IMG/VR virus record: IMGVR_UViG_3300036760_000561
Span: 1-58,728 of that record
Source of the DNA: a virus
Lineage: Duplodnaviria; Caudoviricetes
Length of the DNA stretch: 58,728 bases
Direction: 5' to 3' (one strand)
In this document: positions 39,948 through 49,977 of the stretch, piece by piece
How positions within the stretch are numbered: position 1 is the first letter of the stretch
How the letters are laid out: each line of letters starts with the position of its first letter
Made by a program: the position numbers and the translations under genes
Notes under the pieces: generated by a model
The model's input: the letters and a program-made list of their open reading frames with translations, nothing else
Told to the model about the DNA's origin: nothing
The model's database searches: none

Positions 39948-41653
39948 TGAAACGAGTCATGATGTGGGACGACGCAGTGGATGAAGCCAAGGCGATGTTT
40001 GGCCGGAACTACTGGATGTCGCAATCCGGCACCAAGTTCAGAGTCGGCGCGGTGGTGCTGGGCCGGAACTGGATCGTGGGCGAAGGTCGCAGCTGGCGGG
40101 CGGCAATCCTGAACGCGTGGGGCAACCTTGACCGAGGAGGGAACTGAATGGCGAAGACCATCGACATGACCCCGACATGGGTGGGAATCCTGCCCGCCCT
40201 GCTGGCGGTGCTGGAGAGCTCCCCCAACACCGACAGCAGACAGCTGGTGAGGACTGAACTCAAGCGGATGGCCGCTCTCGCGGATCGTTACGTCATCAGC
40301 CAGAAGGGGATCAAGTAATGCGATGTCCAGATTGTCAGAAGTTCGTGAGCTTCGACGCCGAGGTGGAACCGGAAGAACAGAATGGGCCGGAATTCGACGG
40401 CACCGGAGTCGAAGCCGAATACCGTCGAGTGCTGACCTGCCAGGAGTGCGGCACTGAACTCAAGGAATCCATGATCACCGTGATGGCGGAGGTGGAGTGG
40501 GGCAAGGACACGACTCCAGCGGACGAATGCCCCGGGGAGAATGCCGTCGAAGGGGAACATGAGTGGGAGATCGAAGACGCTTCAGCCGAGGCGACCATAG
40601 GGACCATCGACAGGGATCGGCACGGCAAGAAGATCAAGAACCCGCGCTACATGAAGATAACCTACGGCGTGAACATCAGCGGGACGGTCAAGTGCGCCAA
40701 CTGCAACGCCGAAGGAACCTACAACGGGGACGCCGCAGAAACGGCTTCCGGCTTCGATGAACTTACCTAAACCGGGGAGATGGTTCTGCTACTGGTGCCA
40801 GCAGGGGATTACCGACCAAAGGGAGGCAAGCGGTGGCGTTACGGTAGATTGGGCGACGGAGGACGGGGATTTCGGATGCGACCAGCACCCCATTACCGGC
40901 CCAGAAGAAGGGACCGGTCCACACGAAACCATCGAGGAAGTCCGCGCCATCGTTGTGGCCTATCACCATCAGCCCGGAGGAATCGGACAATGAGAGAGTA
41001 CAACAGGGAAGAATTCTTGGGGTGGTTGGCTCAACGAGCGGCAGATCAGGTGCTGCGAGTGGGAGACTTCTATCGACACGCGCCGATGTCCGGAACTCTA
41101 GCGTCTCGTGTCGAGGTGATGGACCAGTACATGGAGGAATTCCAAGCGGCGAGAAACTCCGACAAAGTGGCGATGGCGACGGTCCTTGAATTCCTCGGTT
41201 CCGTAGACCCCGAATGACCACCCTCACCACCGTGAAAGAGTTCCATTACGCCAACCGTGAAATACGGAGACTGACCAAGACAAGGCTTCCCGTAACCCGG
41301 GAGGAGTGGGACAATTTGGTGGCCCGGATTGCGGCCAAGCTGAGACAGCAATTCAACAATTCCTCGGGGAGAGCTCTTCAATTGGCTCGCCTCGCCGTGG
41401 TTTACTCCATCGGGTACGAACTGGAGCTGACACTCCCCCGGCCCCGGAAAGGAAAAGTCCTGCAATGATCGTTTACGTGGTACGAGTCCAGACTGAGTTA
41501 GGGGACCAATTCACTTGGTCCTATCCCAACGCTTTCGGAATACGGGATGCGCTGGAGCAGTGGCTGAAAGACCCCGACACGTTCACCGGGTCTCCAGTCA
41601 AGACCATGGAGATCTTCAAGAAGAATTCACAGGAAGTTACTCAAAGACCCTAA
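39947..41653 (+). other. Rightward early small genes (39947-40147, 40148-40318, 40318-40770, 40757-40993, 40990-41217, 41214-41468, 41465-41653)
   Basis: Coupled ORFs; 40148-40318 (MAKTIDMTPTW...) translated by hand; 40318-40770 has three CxxC pairs. Confidence 0.6.
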
Positions 41654-41669
41654 TGAAAGGACACACAGC

Positions 41670-42746
41670 ATGGCACACGAACTAGAGATCATCAACGGTG
41701 AAGCATCCTTCTTCTCAGTGAAGGACACGGCTTGGCATCAGCTGGGAACCGTCATCCCGGACAACCCCTCTTTCGAAGAGGCCATCCGACTGGCAAAGCT
41801 CGATTACGAGGTTAGGGTGGAGCCCGCCTACCGCCGAATTGAGACTCCCAATGTCCGGGGCGGGGCCATCTATCAAGCCTCCACTCGAACCTTCCTGACC
41901 ACCCGGGTTGACACCGGCAAACAGCTGGGACACGTCTCCCAAACCTACCGAGCGGTCCAGAACATGGACGCCTTTGCGGTGCTGAAACCGCTGGTCGAGG
42001 GGGGAGCGCTCAGACTCGAAACGGGCGGGGTGCTGCGAGAGGGGGAGGACGCGTGGTTGCTGGGGCAGTTCGACGGCTCCAAGTTCGGCCCTAACGCGCA
42101 GGAGCAATTCATTCAGTCCAACGATCCGGTGGCTACCTACGCCATGATTCGGACCAACCACTCGGGACGGGCGGGAATTCTGATCGGGGAGACCCCAATT
42201 CGGGTGGTGTGCGCCAACACTCTGGCGATGGCCGAATCTGCCACTGGCAGCGCTCTCTGCTCAATCCGCCACACCGGCAACGCTGAAGCGAGATTGGTCG
42301 AGACCGCTCAGTTGCTGTTTCGTCGAGTGATCGAGGACTACGAGGTGATTGCGCTGGAGATGAAGCGGCTCAAAGCAACCTTCCTCGACGATGCGATGCT
42401 GCGCCAGCTGGTGCTTGATGTGGCGGTCCCGGACCCGACCAGAAATCCGAAGTTCAACCCGGATTCCCCTCTGGCCAACCACGTGATGCAACGGGCTGAG
42501 TCCAAGCGGAACATCATCGTCAATCTGTGGACCAACGGCAAGGGCCACACGGGCGATCATTCAGCATGGGAAGCTTACAACGCCGTGGTAGAGGCCATTG
42601 ACCACAACAAGGAGATGTGGCCCAATCAAAGCGGTGTGTGGCGAGCGGCATCGCTTCAAAGTGGCGTGTTGGCCGAGACCAAGCGGCGAGTGCTCAACTC
42701 GCTGCTTGCGGCGGTTCCGGCTCCCGGACTGGAGTTGGCCGTATGA
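41670..42746 (+). CDS. DUF932-family protein
   Basis: MAHELE...AWHQLG...YRAVQN...TPIRVVCANTL...AWEAYNAVVE. Confidence 0.85.
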   Translation: MAHELEIINGEASFFSVKDTAWHQLGTVIPDNPSFEEAIRLAKLDYEVRVEPAYRRIETPNVRGGAIYQASTRTFLTTRVDTGKQLGHVSQTYRAVQNMDAFAVLKPLVEGGALRLETGGVLREGEDAWLLGQFDGSKFGPNAQEQFIQSNDPVATYAMIRTNHSGRAGILIGETPIRVVCANTLAMAESATGSALCSIRHTGNAEARLVETAQLLFRRVIEDYEVIALEMKRLKATFLDDAMLRQLVLDVAVPDPTRNPKFNPDSPLANHVMQRAESKRNIIVNLWTNGKGHTGDHSAWEAYNAVVEAIDHNKEMWPNQSGVWRAASLQSGVLAETKRRVLNSLLAAVPAPGLELAV

Positions 42747-42922
42747 CAAACGATAAGGTCTATCTCGGGGACGGGCTGTACGCCCGGTACGACGGATTTC
42801 ACCTCATTCTCACCGCCGAAGACGGCATTACGGTAAGCAATGTCGTCTACCTAGACCCGGAAGTGTGGCAAGAGCTGCTCCGGGTCATGGGGAAGTGGAC
42901 AGCGGGAGGAGGACAACCATGA
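42743..42922 (+). CDS. Small conserved phage protein
   Basis: YLGDGLYARYDG...VYLDPEV motif. Confidence 0.7.
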   Translation: MTNDKVYLGDGLYARYDGFHLILTAEDGITVSNVVYLDPEVWQELLRVMGKWTAGGGQP

Positions 42923-43255
42923 GATGCCCACGGTGTTGGCGACGATTGAAGGTGAAGTGCCAACTCCGACTGGAAACGCTGGTCGAGCACGTTTCCAATC
43001 CTAACGACCAACCCTCGCTGAAAGACGCTTATGGCTGTTGGAATCCCCGTTGTACGGCGGCTACAGATGGCTCGGTGTGGGATGACTTCGGTGACGCCTA
43101 TCAAGCGGGCGGCGATGCGCTATTTAGTTGGTCATGGCGCTATTACAAGTTTGGACGCCACTGGAATAAGTACATTCGTAACCCGTGGATCAGATTCAAG
43201 TTCCGAATGAGAGGACGAAGTGTTGACATCAAGAACCCGTTCGGCAATTAGCTTC

Positions 43256-43284
43256 TTGCGCTGAGCGGGCCATCCCATTATCTT
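43256..43284 (+). promoter_or_regulatory. Putative promoter TTGCGC-N17-TATCTT
   Basis: Intergenic, upstream of the 43303 start. Confidence 0.55.
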
Positions 43285-44042
43285 GCAGGAGAGAGGAAAG
43301 ACCATGCCAGCAGAGCTAGGTCGCCGTGCTTCGGGAGCCGTGCCCCCGGAAGGAATTACGTTGAGCCGGGAAGTGGCGGAAGCCTTGATTGAGGGACTGG
43401 TGGGGAGAGTGCCCTCCTTCACCAATGATACTGCTTTCGTCCGGTGGTGCATTGATCAGCAACGACAACGGACAGCGACGGCATACGAAGGGGTTTTGGT
43501 CGATCTCCGACAAGCCCTAAGGATGGCCAATGTCCGAGCAGTCACATGGGGTGCAGAGGTCGAAAGGGTGTATCAAACGAAGCAATTGGAAATCGAGGGT
43601 CTCAAGCGGGTTATCAGGGAAGGAAAAAGTTTCCATGACGGCACATGAGGTAACCAACGGGCTGCTCAACACTTTCGATGCAGCTATTTACATCCTCGGA
43701 TTTTTGGTTCCTTTTGTTGTTTTTCACTACTGGCGGGAATTCAAAAAGTACCGTCAATGGCAGTTGCGAACCAAGCGGTTCTGGGAATTCCTTTACAACG
43801 ATGATTGAAACGAGAATTCCCGTGCAGAAGATCTACCGAGTCGTGGCCTGGAAAAAGACCGATCTTTCCCGGGTTATAATGGCGACGAAGTTCATCGCAG
43901 CGAATTCAGGGCAAGAAGCCATCGCCACGCTAGCGGGGGATCTCGGCCTTTCTCGGGAGCGATGGGACGGATCGGCCAGTCCTGAAGTGGTTCTTCGAAT
44001 CGAAGAAATTCTGTCTCAGAAGTAACAGTGTCAACTCGGTAC

Positions 44043-44071
44043 TTGACAGAAAATCCTCACTGTGCTTTTTT
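44043..44071 (+). promoter_or_regulatory. Putative promoter TTGACA-N14-TGn-TTTTTT
   Basis: Intergenic; perfect -35, extended -10 TG. Confidence 0.65.
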
Positions 44072-44542
44072 TCGGTGAAGGAATAACTCTCAACCATGGG
44101 GGACCAAGATGAAGACGATCGGACGCGCCCTCCCGAAATCCTCGACTCCAGTAAAGAGTGAGTCGAGGATTTGCTTCGGCATCATGTGGTTCAAGACTGA
44201 AAAGGAGGCGATGCAAGCCGATGCTCACGTCAAAGCATCGGGCATCACCTACAATGGCGGGTATTTTCACGGCATGCCCTGCGGTCGGGATAACACGTGG
44301 GACCACGACGGTCTTTTCGCCGTCACCAACTGATTCGAAGAGAGGGGGGCGCCGATGTGTGAAGCATGCGTCCGATTCCATTTTCATTACGGTCCCATTC
44401 CCGTGCTGTCCCGGGTTATGCAGATCGAAGACGAATTCGACCGAGGGGATTCCCTGACGCGCCTTCAAATCGAAGCTTTATTGGCCTTGATTGAGGCCAA
44501 CAAGGACCGGATTCATTTCGGGGACTATGACAGGGAGTTCGC

Positions 44543-45010
44543 ATGAACGCCGACCGGGCCATAGAAATAGCCAAGGTACTGGAGGACAAAGGGCCTCTCA
44601 AGTCCGTTGATATAGCGGCGGCTCTCGGATTGGGGATATTTCAAATCACCGCCAGACTCTCTTCGATGGAAAAGGCCGGGAGTTTGCGACGAGAGGGGAA
44701 GTTGTGGAATCTCAATACCAGCGTAGCCGCCTTGACGACCCCCGAAGTAGTTAATCCGGACAATGCCGAAGAGATGGCGGCTGGGTCTACCCGGGGGTGG
44801 AGGATTGGGTATGTCACCATGGGGGACCATTCGGCGGAGTACTATCGCAGCCATTCCGGAGAATTCTTCACTCCCGGAACTCTCAACGATGCCGATTTTG
44901 TCATTCGAAAACCCCTCACTGAGGGACTCAACGCGATTTATCTGAAACGGGTGAACCCGACCAGCGAGTTAGGAACACTTATTGCCGCCGCCCATCCAAT
45001 CACGCAGTAA
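44543..45010 (+). CDS. Winged-HTH protein
   Basis: GPLKSVDIAAALGL...RLSSMEKAGSLRREGKLW. Confidence 0.6.
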   Translation: MNADRAIEIAKVLEDKGPLKSVDIAAALGLGIFQITARLSSMEKAGSLRREGKLWNLNTSVAALTTPEVVNPDNAEEMAAGSTRGWRIGYVTMGDHSAEYYRSHSGEFFTPGTLNDADFVIRKPLTEGLNAIYLKRVNPTSELGTLIAAAHPITQ

Positions 45011-45030
45011 TTCAAGGGGGGTTCTGACCA

Positions 45031-45309
45031 GTGAGTGGCCACATCGAAATTCAGCCCAACCGGCTGCGCAAACTCAGGTTCCGTTCCCGGTTGACACAAA
45101 GGGAATTGGGAGTGTTGACCGGCATCGATCACACCACTATCAGCAAGCATGAAAGTGGAGACCGGGGACTCGATCAGCACGACATCATGCAATACTCTAG
45201 GGTGTTCAAGGTGAATACCCATGAGATTTTCATGGATACGGAAGATCGGCCATGGCAGGAGGAGCCCGGAGTAACTGCGTTGAGTAACGAAGAGGACGAT
45301 GGCGCATAA
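45031..45309 (+). CDS. XRE-family HTH regulator
   Basis: RLRKLR...LTQRELGVLTGIDHTTISKHESG. Confidence 0.85.
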   Translation: MSGHIEIQPNRLRKLRFRSRLTQRELGVLTGIDHTTISKHESGDRGLDQHDIMQYSRVFKVNTHEIFMDTEDRPWQEEPGVTALSNEEDDGA

Positions 45310-45311
45310 TC

Positions 45312-47132
45312 GTGGACTCCGACTCTCTTGCCGGGGCGATTAACTACTCCTCTATAGGATGGAGTGTAATCCCGGTAGCACGGGCTACTAAGCTCCCGCT
45401 GATTCAGTGGCAACGATACCAGAACAGGATCGCCACTGAGGAAGAAATTAGATATTGGTGGCTGCATAACCCGGACGCCAATGTGGGCATCGTGACCGGT
45501 TCGATATCCGGTCTCGTCGTCGTGGATGTGGATACCTCTGACAACGGAAGAGCGGAAGAAATCGCGAACCGCTTTCCCACTACTCTGGTATCCAGAACAG
45601 GATCGGGCGGGACTCACTTATTTTATCACCACCCTGATCCTTTTCAAACCAGATTCCCCAATCGAGTAAACAAGCAGTCCAAGACTGATATCCGTGGGGA
45701 CGGCGGGTTTGTGGTGGCTCCTCCTTCGATGCACTCCAATGGTTCTCTTTATTCGTGGGTTTTACACGACCTGTCTCGGGTTCCCACACTGCCCTTGACG
45801 GCACTACCCCTTATTTTTCCGGGGATGTCCAATCAAGCGGAGGGGGACAAGGACTGGATTCTAGAAGCGTTGCAAGGTGTTGGGGAGGGAGAGCGCAACA
45901 GCACAGCCGCCAGATTAGCGGGTTATTGGATTCACAAGGGCATTCCCGAGGACGTGATAATCGGGATGCTGTTGGATTGGAACATCAAGAACACGCCGCC
46001 GTTGCGTTCATCCGAAATCGAACGAACAGTGAGATCGGTGTGGGAAACGGCGTCCCGAGAAACAGATAGGAAATTCCAGGATAAACCGTCTACCAGTCTT
46101 AGAGTCAGAGAGCCGGAACCCTCCACGACGATGGAGGACCCTTTCTCATTGGTCCCATTTTCCGAATACATGGCTACCTTCGGGGGCCAGCCTATCAATT
46201 GGGTTATCGAAAAATGGATGCCCGACAAGACAATCATGCTGATGGTGGCTCCTCCCGGAGCATACAAGACGTGGATGCTGCTGGATCTGGCGATCAGTGT
46301 AGCCTCGGGAACCAAATTTCTCGGCCATTACCCGGTGCTGTCCAAGGGACCCGTCATCATCATCCAACAAGAGGACTTCCACGGCCAGATAGCGGAGCGA
46401 ATCGGGATCATTGTGGAATCGAGATTCGGCATGGTCTCCGGATACCGAAGTTCCGATGAGGATTTCGGGTTACAGAGCGCCCCAAATCTTCCGATCTATT
46501 TACACGCCGCTCGCCGGTTTAAGTTCTCCGATTCGGTGGTGTTGACGGCGTTGGAAAGTCACATTGCTGCCATTCGACCACGACTAGTGATTCTTGACCC
46601 ACTGTACTCAGCCGGTGAGACCGACGACTACATGGCCAAGACCGTAACTCAGATGTTCGCTTTCAAATCGATGCGGGACCGATACGGCTGTTCCTTCCTA
46701 ATGGCGCATCACACGAAAAAACACAACGATGCCGGGGGACAGGATCGGCAAGAAGCGTGGGGCTCGCAATTTCTTAATGCTTTCTTGGAGACCGGTTGGC
46801 AGATCAGGCCGGGGAAAAAAACGGAGGCGTCCACTATCAAGATTCGACGACATTTTAAGGTATCCTCCAACGTACGTGAGGAGACGATCAATTTCAACAT
46901 CAGCACAGAAGCTCCCTACAGTTATCGGGCGGATGTCACCAATGACGGGGTAGATTTACAACCGGAGGATTTGAAGGTAGAAGCCGCCTTAATGGAGGGG
47001 CCAACCACCCGTGCCGATCTGCAGAAAAAACTCCCCGCTCTCTCTGTAACTCAACTCAAAAAAACGTTGGAGAAACTAGTAGAGTTAGGCAAGGTCACCA
47101 GAGGAGTTGACTTCAAGTTTAAATTAGTCTAA
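45312..47132 (+). CDS. Prim-Pol/PriCT primase fused to RecA-like (AAA_25) helicase
   Basis: NVGIVTG...VVDVD, TGSGGTHLFY, DIRGDGGFVVAPPS, GERN, APPGAYKT, ILDP, AHHTKK. Confidence 0.88.
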   Translation: MDSDSLAGAINYSSIGWSVIPVARATKLPLIQWQRYQNRIATEEEIRYWWLHNPDANVGIVTGSISGLVVVDVDTSDNGRAEEIANRFPTTLVSRTGSGGTHLFYHHPDPFQTRFPNRVNKQSKTDIRGDGGFVVAPPSMHSNGSLYSWVLHDLSRVPTLPLTALPLIFPGMSNQAEGDKDWILEALQGVGEGERNSTAARLAGYWIHKGIPEDVIIGMLLDWNIKNTPPLRSSEIERTVRSVWETASRETDRKFQDKPSTSLRVREPEPSTTMEDPFSLVPFSEYMATFGGQPINWVIEKWMPDKTIMLMVAPPGAYKTWMLLDLAISVASGTKFLGHYPVLSKGPVIIIQQEDFHGQIAERIGIIVESRFGMVSGYRSSDEDFGLQSAPNLPIYLHAARRFKFSDSVVLTALESHIAAIRPRLVILDPLYSAGETDDYMAKTVTQMFAFKSMRDRYGCSFLMAHHTKKHNDAGGQDRQEAWGSQFLNAFLETGWQIRPGKKTEASTIKIRRHFKVSSNVREETINFNISTEAPYSYRADVTNDGVDLQPEDLKVEAALMEGPTTRADLQKKLPALSVTQLKKTLEKLVELGKVTRGVDFKFKLV

Positions 47133-47139
47133 TTGACAC

Positions 47140-47168
47140 TTGACAAATACGATCCCGAGTGTTTTTTT
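47140..47168 (+). promoter_or_regulatory. Putative promoter TTGACA-N14-TGn-TTTTTT
   Basis: Intergenic, heads the replication/Z operon. Confidence 0.65.
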
Positions 47169-47209
47169 TCGAGGGTAGGCAACCAACCTTTACACGGAAG
47201 GATCGTCAA

Positions 47210-47512
47210 ATGCCGGATATCGCTACCACCAAGACTCGCAAGCCACGCAAGGACAAGGGGATGAAGCGGAATGGAAAGATCGTCAAGATTCGAGGAGTCT
47301 GTCTCTTCTCCGGTTCGCCCACCAAGGGCAAGAAATCCCGATTCCTGCCCGGGAACGACGCCAAGCTCAAGAGCGTGTTGATCAAGGTCCACGGAGACAG
47401 CGCACCCATGGGAGCGATTCCTCGAACCGCTTTGGATGCCCTCAAGAGCCCCGGGGGAATTCTCGGTTTCAAGATCACGGATTCCGGCACCCTTCGTAAG
47501 GTCGGAGACTAG
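47210..47512 (+). CDS. Basic hypothetical protein
   Basis: SRFLPGNDAKLKSVL motif; RBS. Confidence 0.6.
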   Translation: MPDIATTKTRKPRKDKGMKRNGKIVKIRGVCLFSGSPTKGKKSRFLPGNDAKLKSVLIKVHGDSAPMGAIPRTALDALKSPGGILGFKITDSGTLRKVGD

Positions 47513-47516
47513 CCCG

Positions 47517-48671
47517 ATGCGACCGACTGGCCCGGCCCCCGTTGTTACGACCAACGACGGGAAGCCGTGGCTCAACATGTCTCAAATCTCCGAATGGACC
47601 AGATGCCGGTATCGGTACGATCTGACCACCATTCGGAGAATCCAGCCCCGGGCCATCAGCCGACCGCTGGACCTTGGCTCCGCCGTTCATGCCGGTATTG
47701 CCGCCTTATTGTCGGCCCCGGCTCTGCCCCTCGTTGGGCCGTATCGGGATGAGCACATTCGATCGGCTTTGGTCAAGTGGTACGAACGAGAACGAGAAGT
47801 TCGGTCCGGATTTCAAGGGGAGGAAGAGCAAGAGGCTCTGAATATCCGCAGCACAGCGGCCTTGATTGTGGGTCGCCAGTCTGGGTTGCTCAGCCCGGAC
47901 CGGTGGCAAGTAGTCAGGCTCCCGTATTCCAAAGCCTTGTATTCCGGGGCCAATGAGAACACGCCAGCGGGAGCCCCACTAGTTGAGCTGGGGATCTCGA
48001 AACGGTTCCCCAGCAAGCAACGGATGGGATGGGCGGGGATGCATGGGACTCCGGATGTCGTGCTGGAGGACCTGCGAGATGGGGGAGTCTGGCTCACCGA
48101 TTTCAAAGTACGTGGCACCTTCTCCCCGATTGAAGACGAAGAAACAAACATCCAGCATCCGATTTATCAGTACCTGCTGAACCACTACGGGGTGGAGGCG
48201 AACGGCCATCTGACTTGGCAGATTCGTAATGACATCCCACACCAACCCGCAATTAACAAAGACGGGAGTGTTAGCAGAGCCCGTATTGCAACGGACTGGC
48301 CGACATACCGTGATGCCGTTATCGCGGCGGGGCAGGATCCGATGGAGTACGTCGAAATGCAACAAAAATTGGCTGATGTTGAATTCACTCGGATCACGCG
48401 CACCTATCGCTCTCTCGATTCCGCCCGACGCATCTGGGACACCGTGATGACCCCGATTGCCAAGGCAATGCATCGGGAACGGAAATCCCCGGCACATCGA
48501 AGCCTGAACGCTTGGAACTGCAAAGGCTGTAGGGTCAAAGAGTTCTGTCTGGCGGAGTTGAAGGGGGAGGACACCGAATTCCTGTTGTCCACTTCATACG
48601 TGGACTTCAACAATCCACGCGAGTTCATACCCTTGACGGTCGAACAAATGCAATTCGACGAGGAAAACTGA
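47517..48671 (+). CDS. PD-(D/E)XK Cas4/RecB-like exonuclease
   Basis: C...GSAVH...PD...DFK...Q...Y...CKGC...C. Confidence 0.8.
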   Translation: MRPTGPAPVVTTNDGKPWLNMSQISEWTRCRYRYDLTTIRRIQPRAISRPLDLGSAVHAGIAALLSAPALPLVGPYRDEHIRSALVKWYEREREVRSGFQGEEEQEALNIRSTAALIVGRQSGLLSPDRWQVVRLPYSKALYSGANENTPAGAPLVELGISKRFPSKQRMGWAGMHGTPDVVLEDLRDGGVWLTDFKVRGTFSPIEDEETNIQHPIYQYLLNHYGVEANGHLTWQIRNDIPHQPAINKDGSVSRARIATDWPTYRDAVIAAGQDPMEYVEMQQKLADVEFTRITRTYRSLDSARRIWDTVMTPIAKAMHRERKSPAHRSLNAWNCKGCRVKEFCLAELKGEDTEFLLSTSYVDFNNPREFIPLTVEQMQFDEEN

Positions 48672-49468
48672 TGAAACCGAGCATCTATCGGGTGGCAGTA
48701 GAGGCCCCCACTTTCAACATGGCACTCTATGGAGACCCCGGAAGTGGGAAGACCACTCTGGCGTCAACAGCCCAGGATGTACCAGAGATGCAGAACGTCC
48801 TTTTTGCCAATATCGAGGGCGGGTTACTCTCGGTAGCGCACCGAGGCGATCTGCAAGCGCTAGACATTCACAGAACCGACGAGGTGGAAGAGCTGCTATT
48901 CATGCTGGCGCAGGGCTCTCTGAAGGACGTGAGGACAGTCGTATTGGACTCTGTGACCGAACTCCAAACACTCAATCTGGAGGAGATTACCGCTGCGGCG
49001 TTGCTCAAGGCCCGAGGCAAGGGCGACAAGCGTGAACGGGACGAGATTTGGCAAGACGATTACGGCAAGAGTACCGTACAGCTGAAGAGGTTGATTCGAG
49101 GATTCAAGGACCTCCCGGCGAATTTCATCGTTACGGCGCTCGCCAAGTACGTGTATCGAAAGAGCGACAGCAGCAGTGGCCCGGTTGAAGGGGCTGAACC
49201 CCAGATAGTGTTGCCTTCGTTGACACAGAAGCTCTGCGTTAGCATGATGGGCTACATGGACATGGTGTGGTTTACGTATTATGACGCCGACGATCAGAAA
49301 TTCAAGGCACTCACTCGCAATCAAGGCGCGTGGCGGGCCAAGACTCGGGGACCGAAATTCTCAGAGGCGATTGGTCCTCTGATGCTCAGTCCTAACCTGC
49401 CCGACATTTATCGCATCTTTGTAGAATCTGAGCGGTCCTCCCCCGCTCCGGTTGTTGTCACCACTTAA
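48671..49468 (+). CDS. Sak4-like AAA ATPase (recombinase)
   Basis: YGDPGSGKTT, VVLDSVT. Confidence 0.8.
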   Translation: MKPSIYRVAVEAPTFNMALYGDPGSGKTTLASTAQDVPEMQNVLFANIEGGLLSVAHRGDLQALDIHRTDEVEELLFMLAQGSLKDVRTVVLDSVTELQTLNLEEITAAALLKARGKGDKRERDEIWQDDYGKSTVQLKRLIRGFKDLPANFIVTALAKYVYRKSDSSSGPVEGAEPQIVLPSLTQKLCVSMMGYMDMVWFTYYDADDQKFKALTRNQGAWRAKTRGPKFSEAIGPLMLSPNLPDIYRIFVESERSSPAPVVVTT

Positions 49469-49494
49469 GGGGAGACTACTCCAAGGAGTTCCAG

Positions 49495-49968
49495 ATGACT
49501 GGACCCAAGCCGGATTTTGGTAGACCTGCTCCCTCCGATGGCGACGAGTTCTCCGCTGAGCTTCCGCCCAACGATCAGGACAGTAAGTATGCCCCCCCGG
49601 GGCAGTATCTTGCCAAAGTGGTGGATATCATCAAGAGCAGGGCCAAGAGCTCCGGCAATCCCATGTGGGTGGTCTCATTTGTGATTGTGGAAGGCGAATT
49701 CGCAGGACTCGACAAGGACGTGCATCTGGCGATCACACCAAACGCCATGTGGAAGGTCACTGAAACAATGATGGCTCTCGGTCTGGCCGACGCCTCGGGC
49801 GGCATCATCAATTTCAAGAAGACCGAAGTTCTCAATCGAGGAGCCCTCATCGTTCTTGATGACGACATGTACCGGGATCGAAAGACCGCCAAAGTCACCA
49901 AGGTACTCCCCCATCCTAAGGGGGCGGGCACTTTGATCACGGGCAGTGGGGGCAAACCCTCCTTCTGA
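49495..49968 (+). CDS. ssDNA-binding protein (DUF669-like)
   Basis: PPGQYLAKV...SSGNPM; follows the Sak4-like gene. Confidence 0.7.
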   Translation: MTGPKPDFGRPAPSDGDEFSAELPPNDQDSKYAPPGQYLAKVVDIIKSRAKSSGNPMWVVSFVIVEGEFAGLDKDVHLAITPNAMWKVTETMMALGLADASGGIINFKKTEVLNRGALIVLDDDMYRDRKTAKVTKVLPHPKGAGTLITGSGGKPSF

Positions 49969-49977
49969 GGCAACACC

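Noticed and set aside
43223-43251. TTGACA promoter inside the 3' end of the gene ending at 43251
   Set aside because: No plausible -10 at 16-18 nt; a better candidate lies at 43256-43284
44066-44072. T-runs at 44066 and 47162 as intrinsic terminators
   Set aside because: No convincing GC stem precedes them; they sit at the -10 position 17 nt after TTGACA
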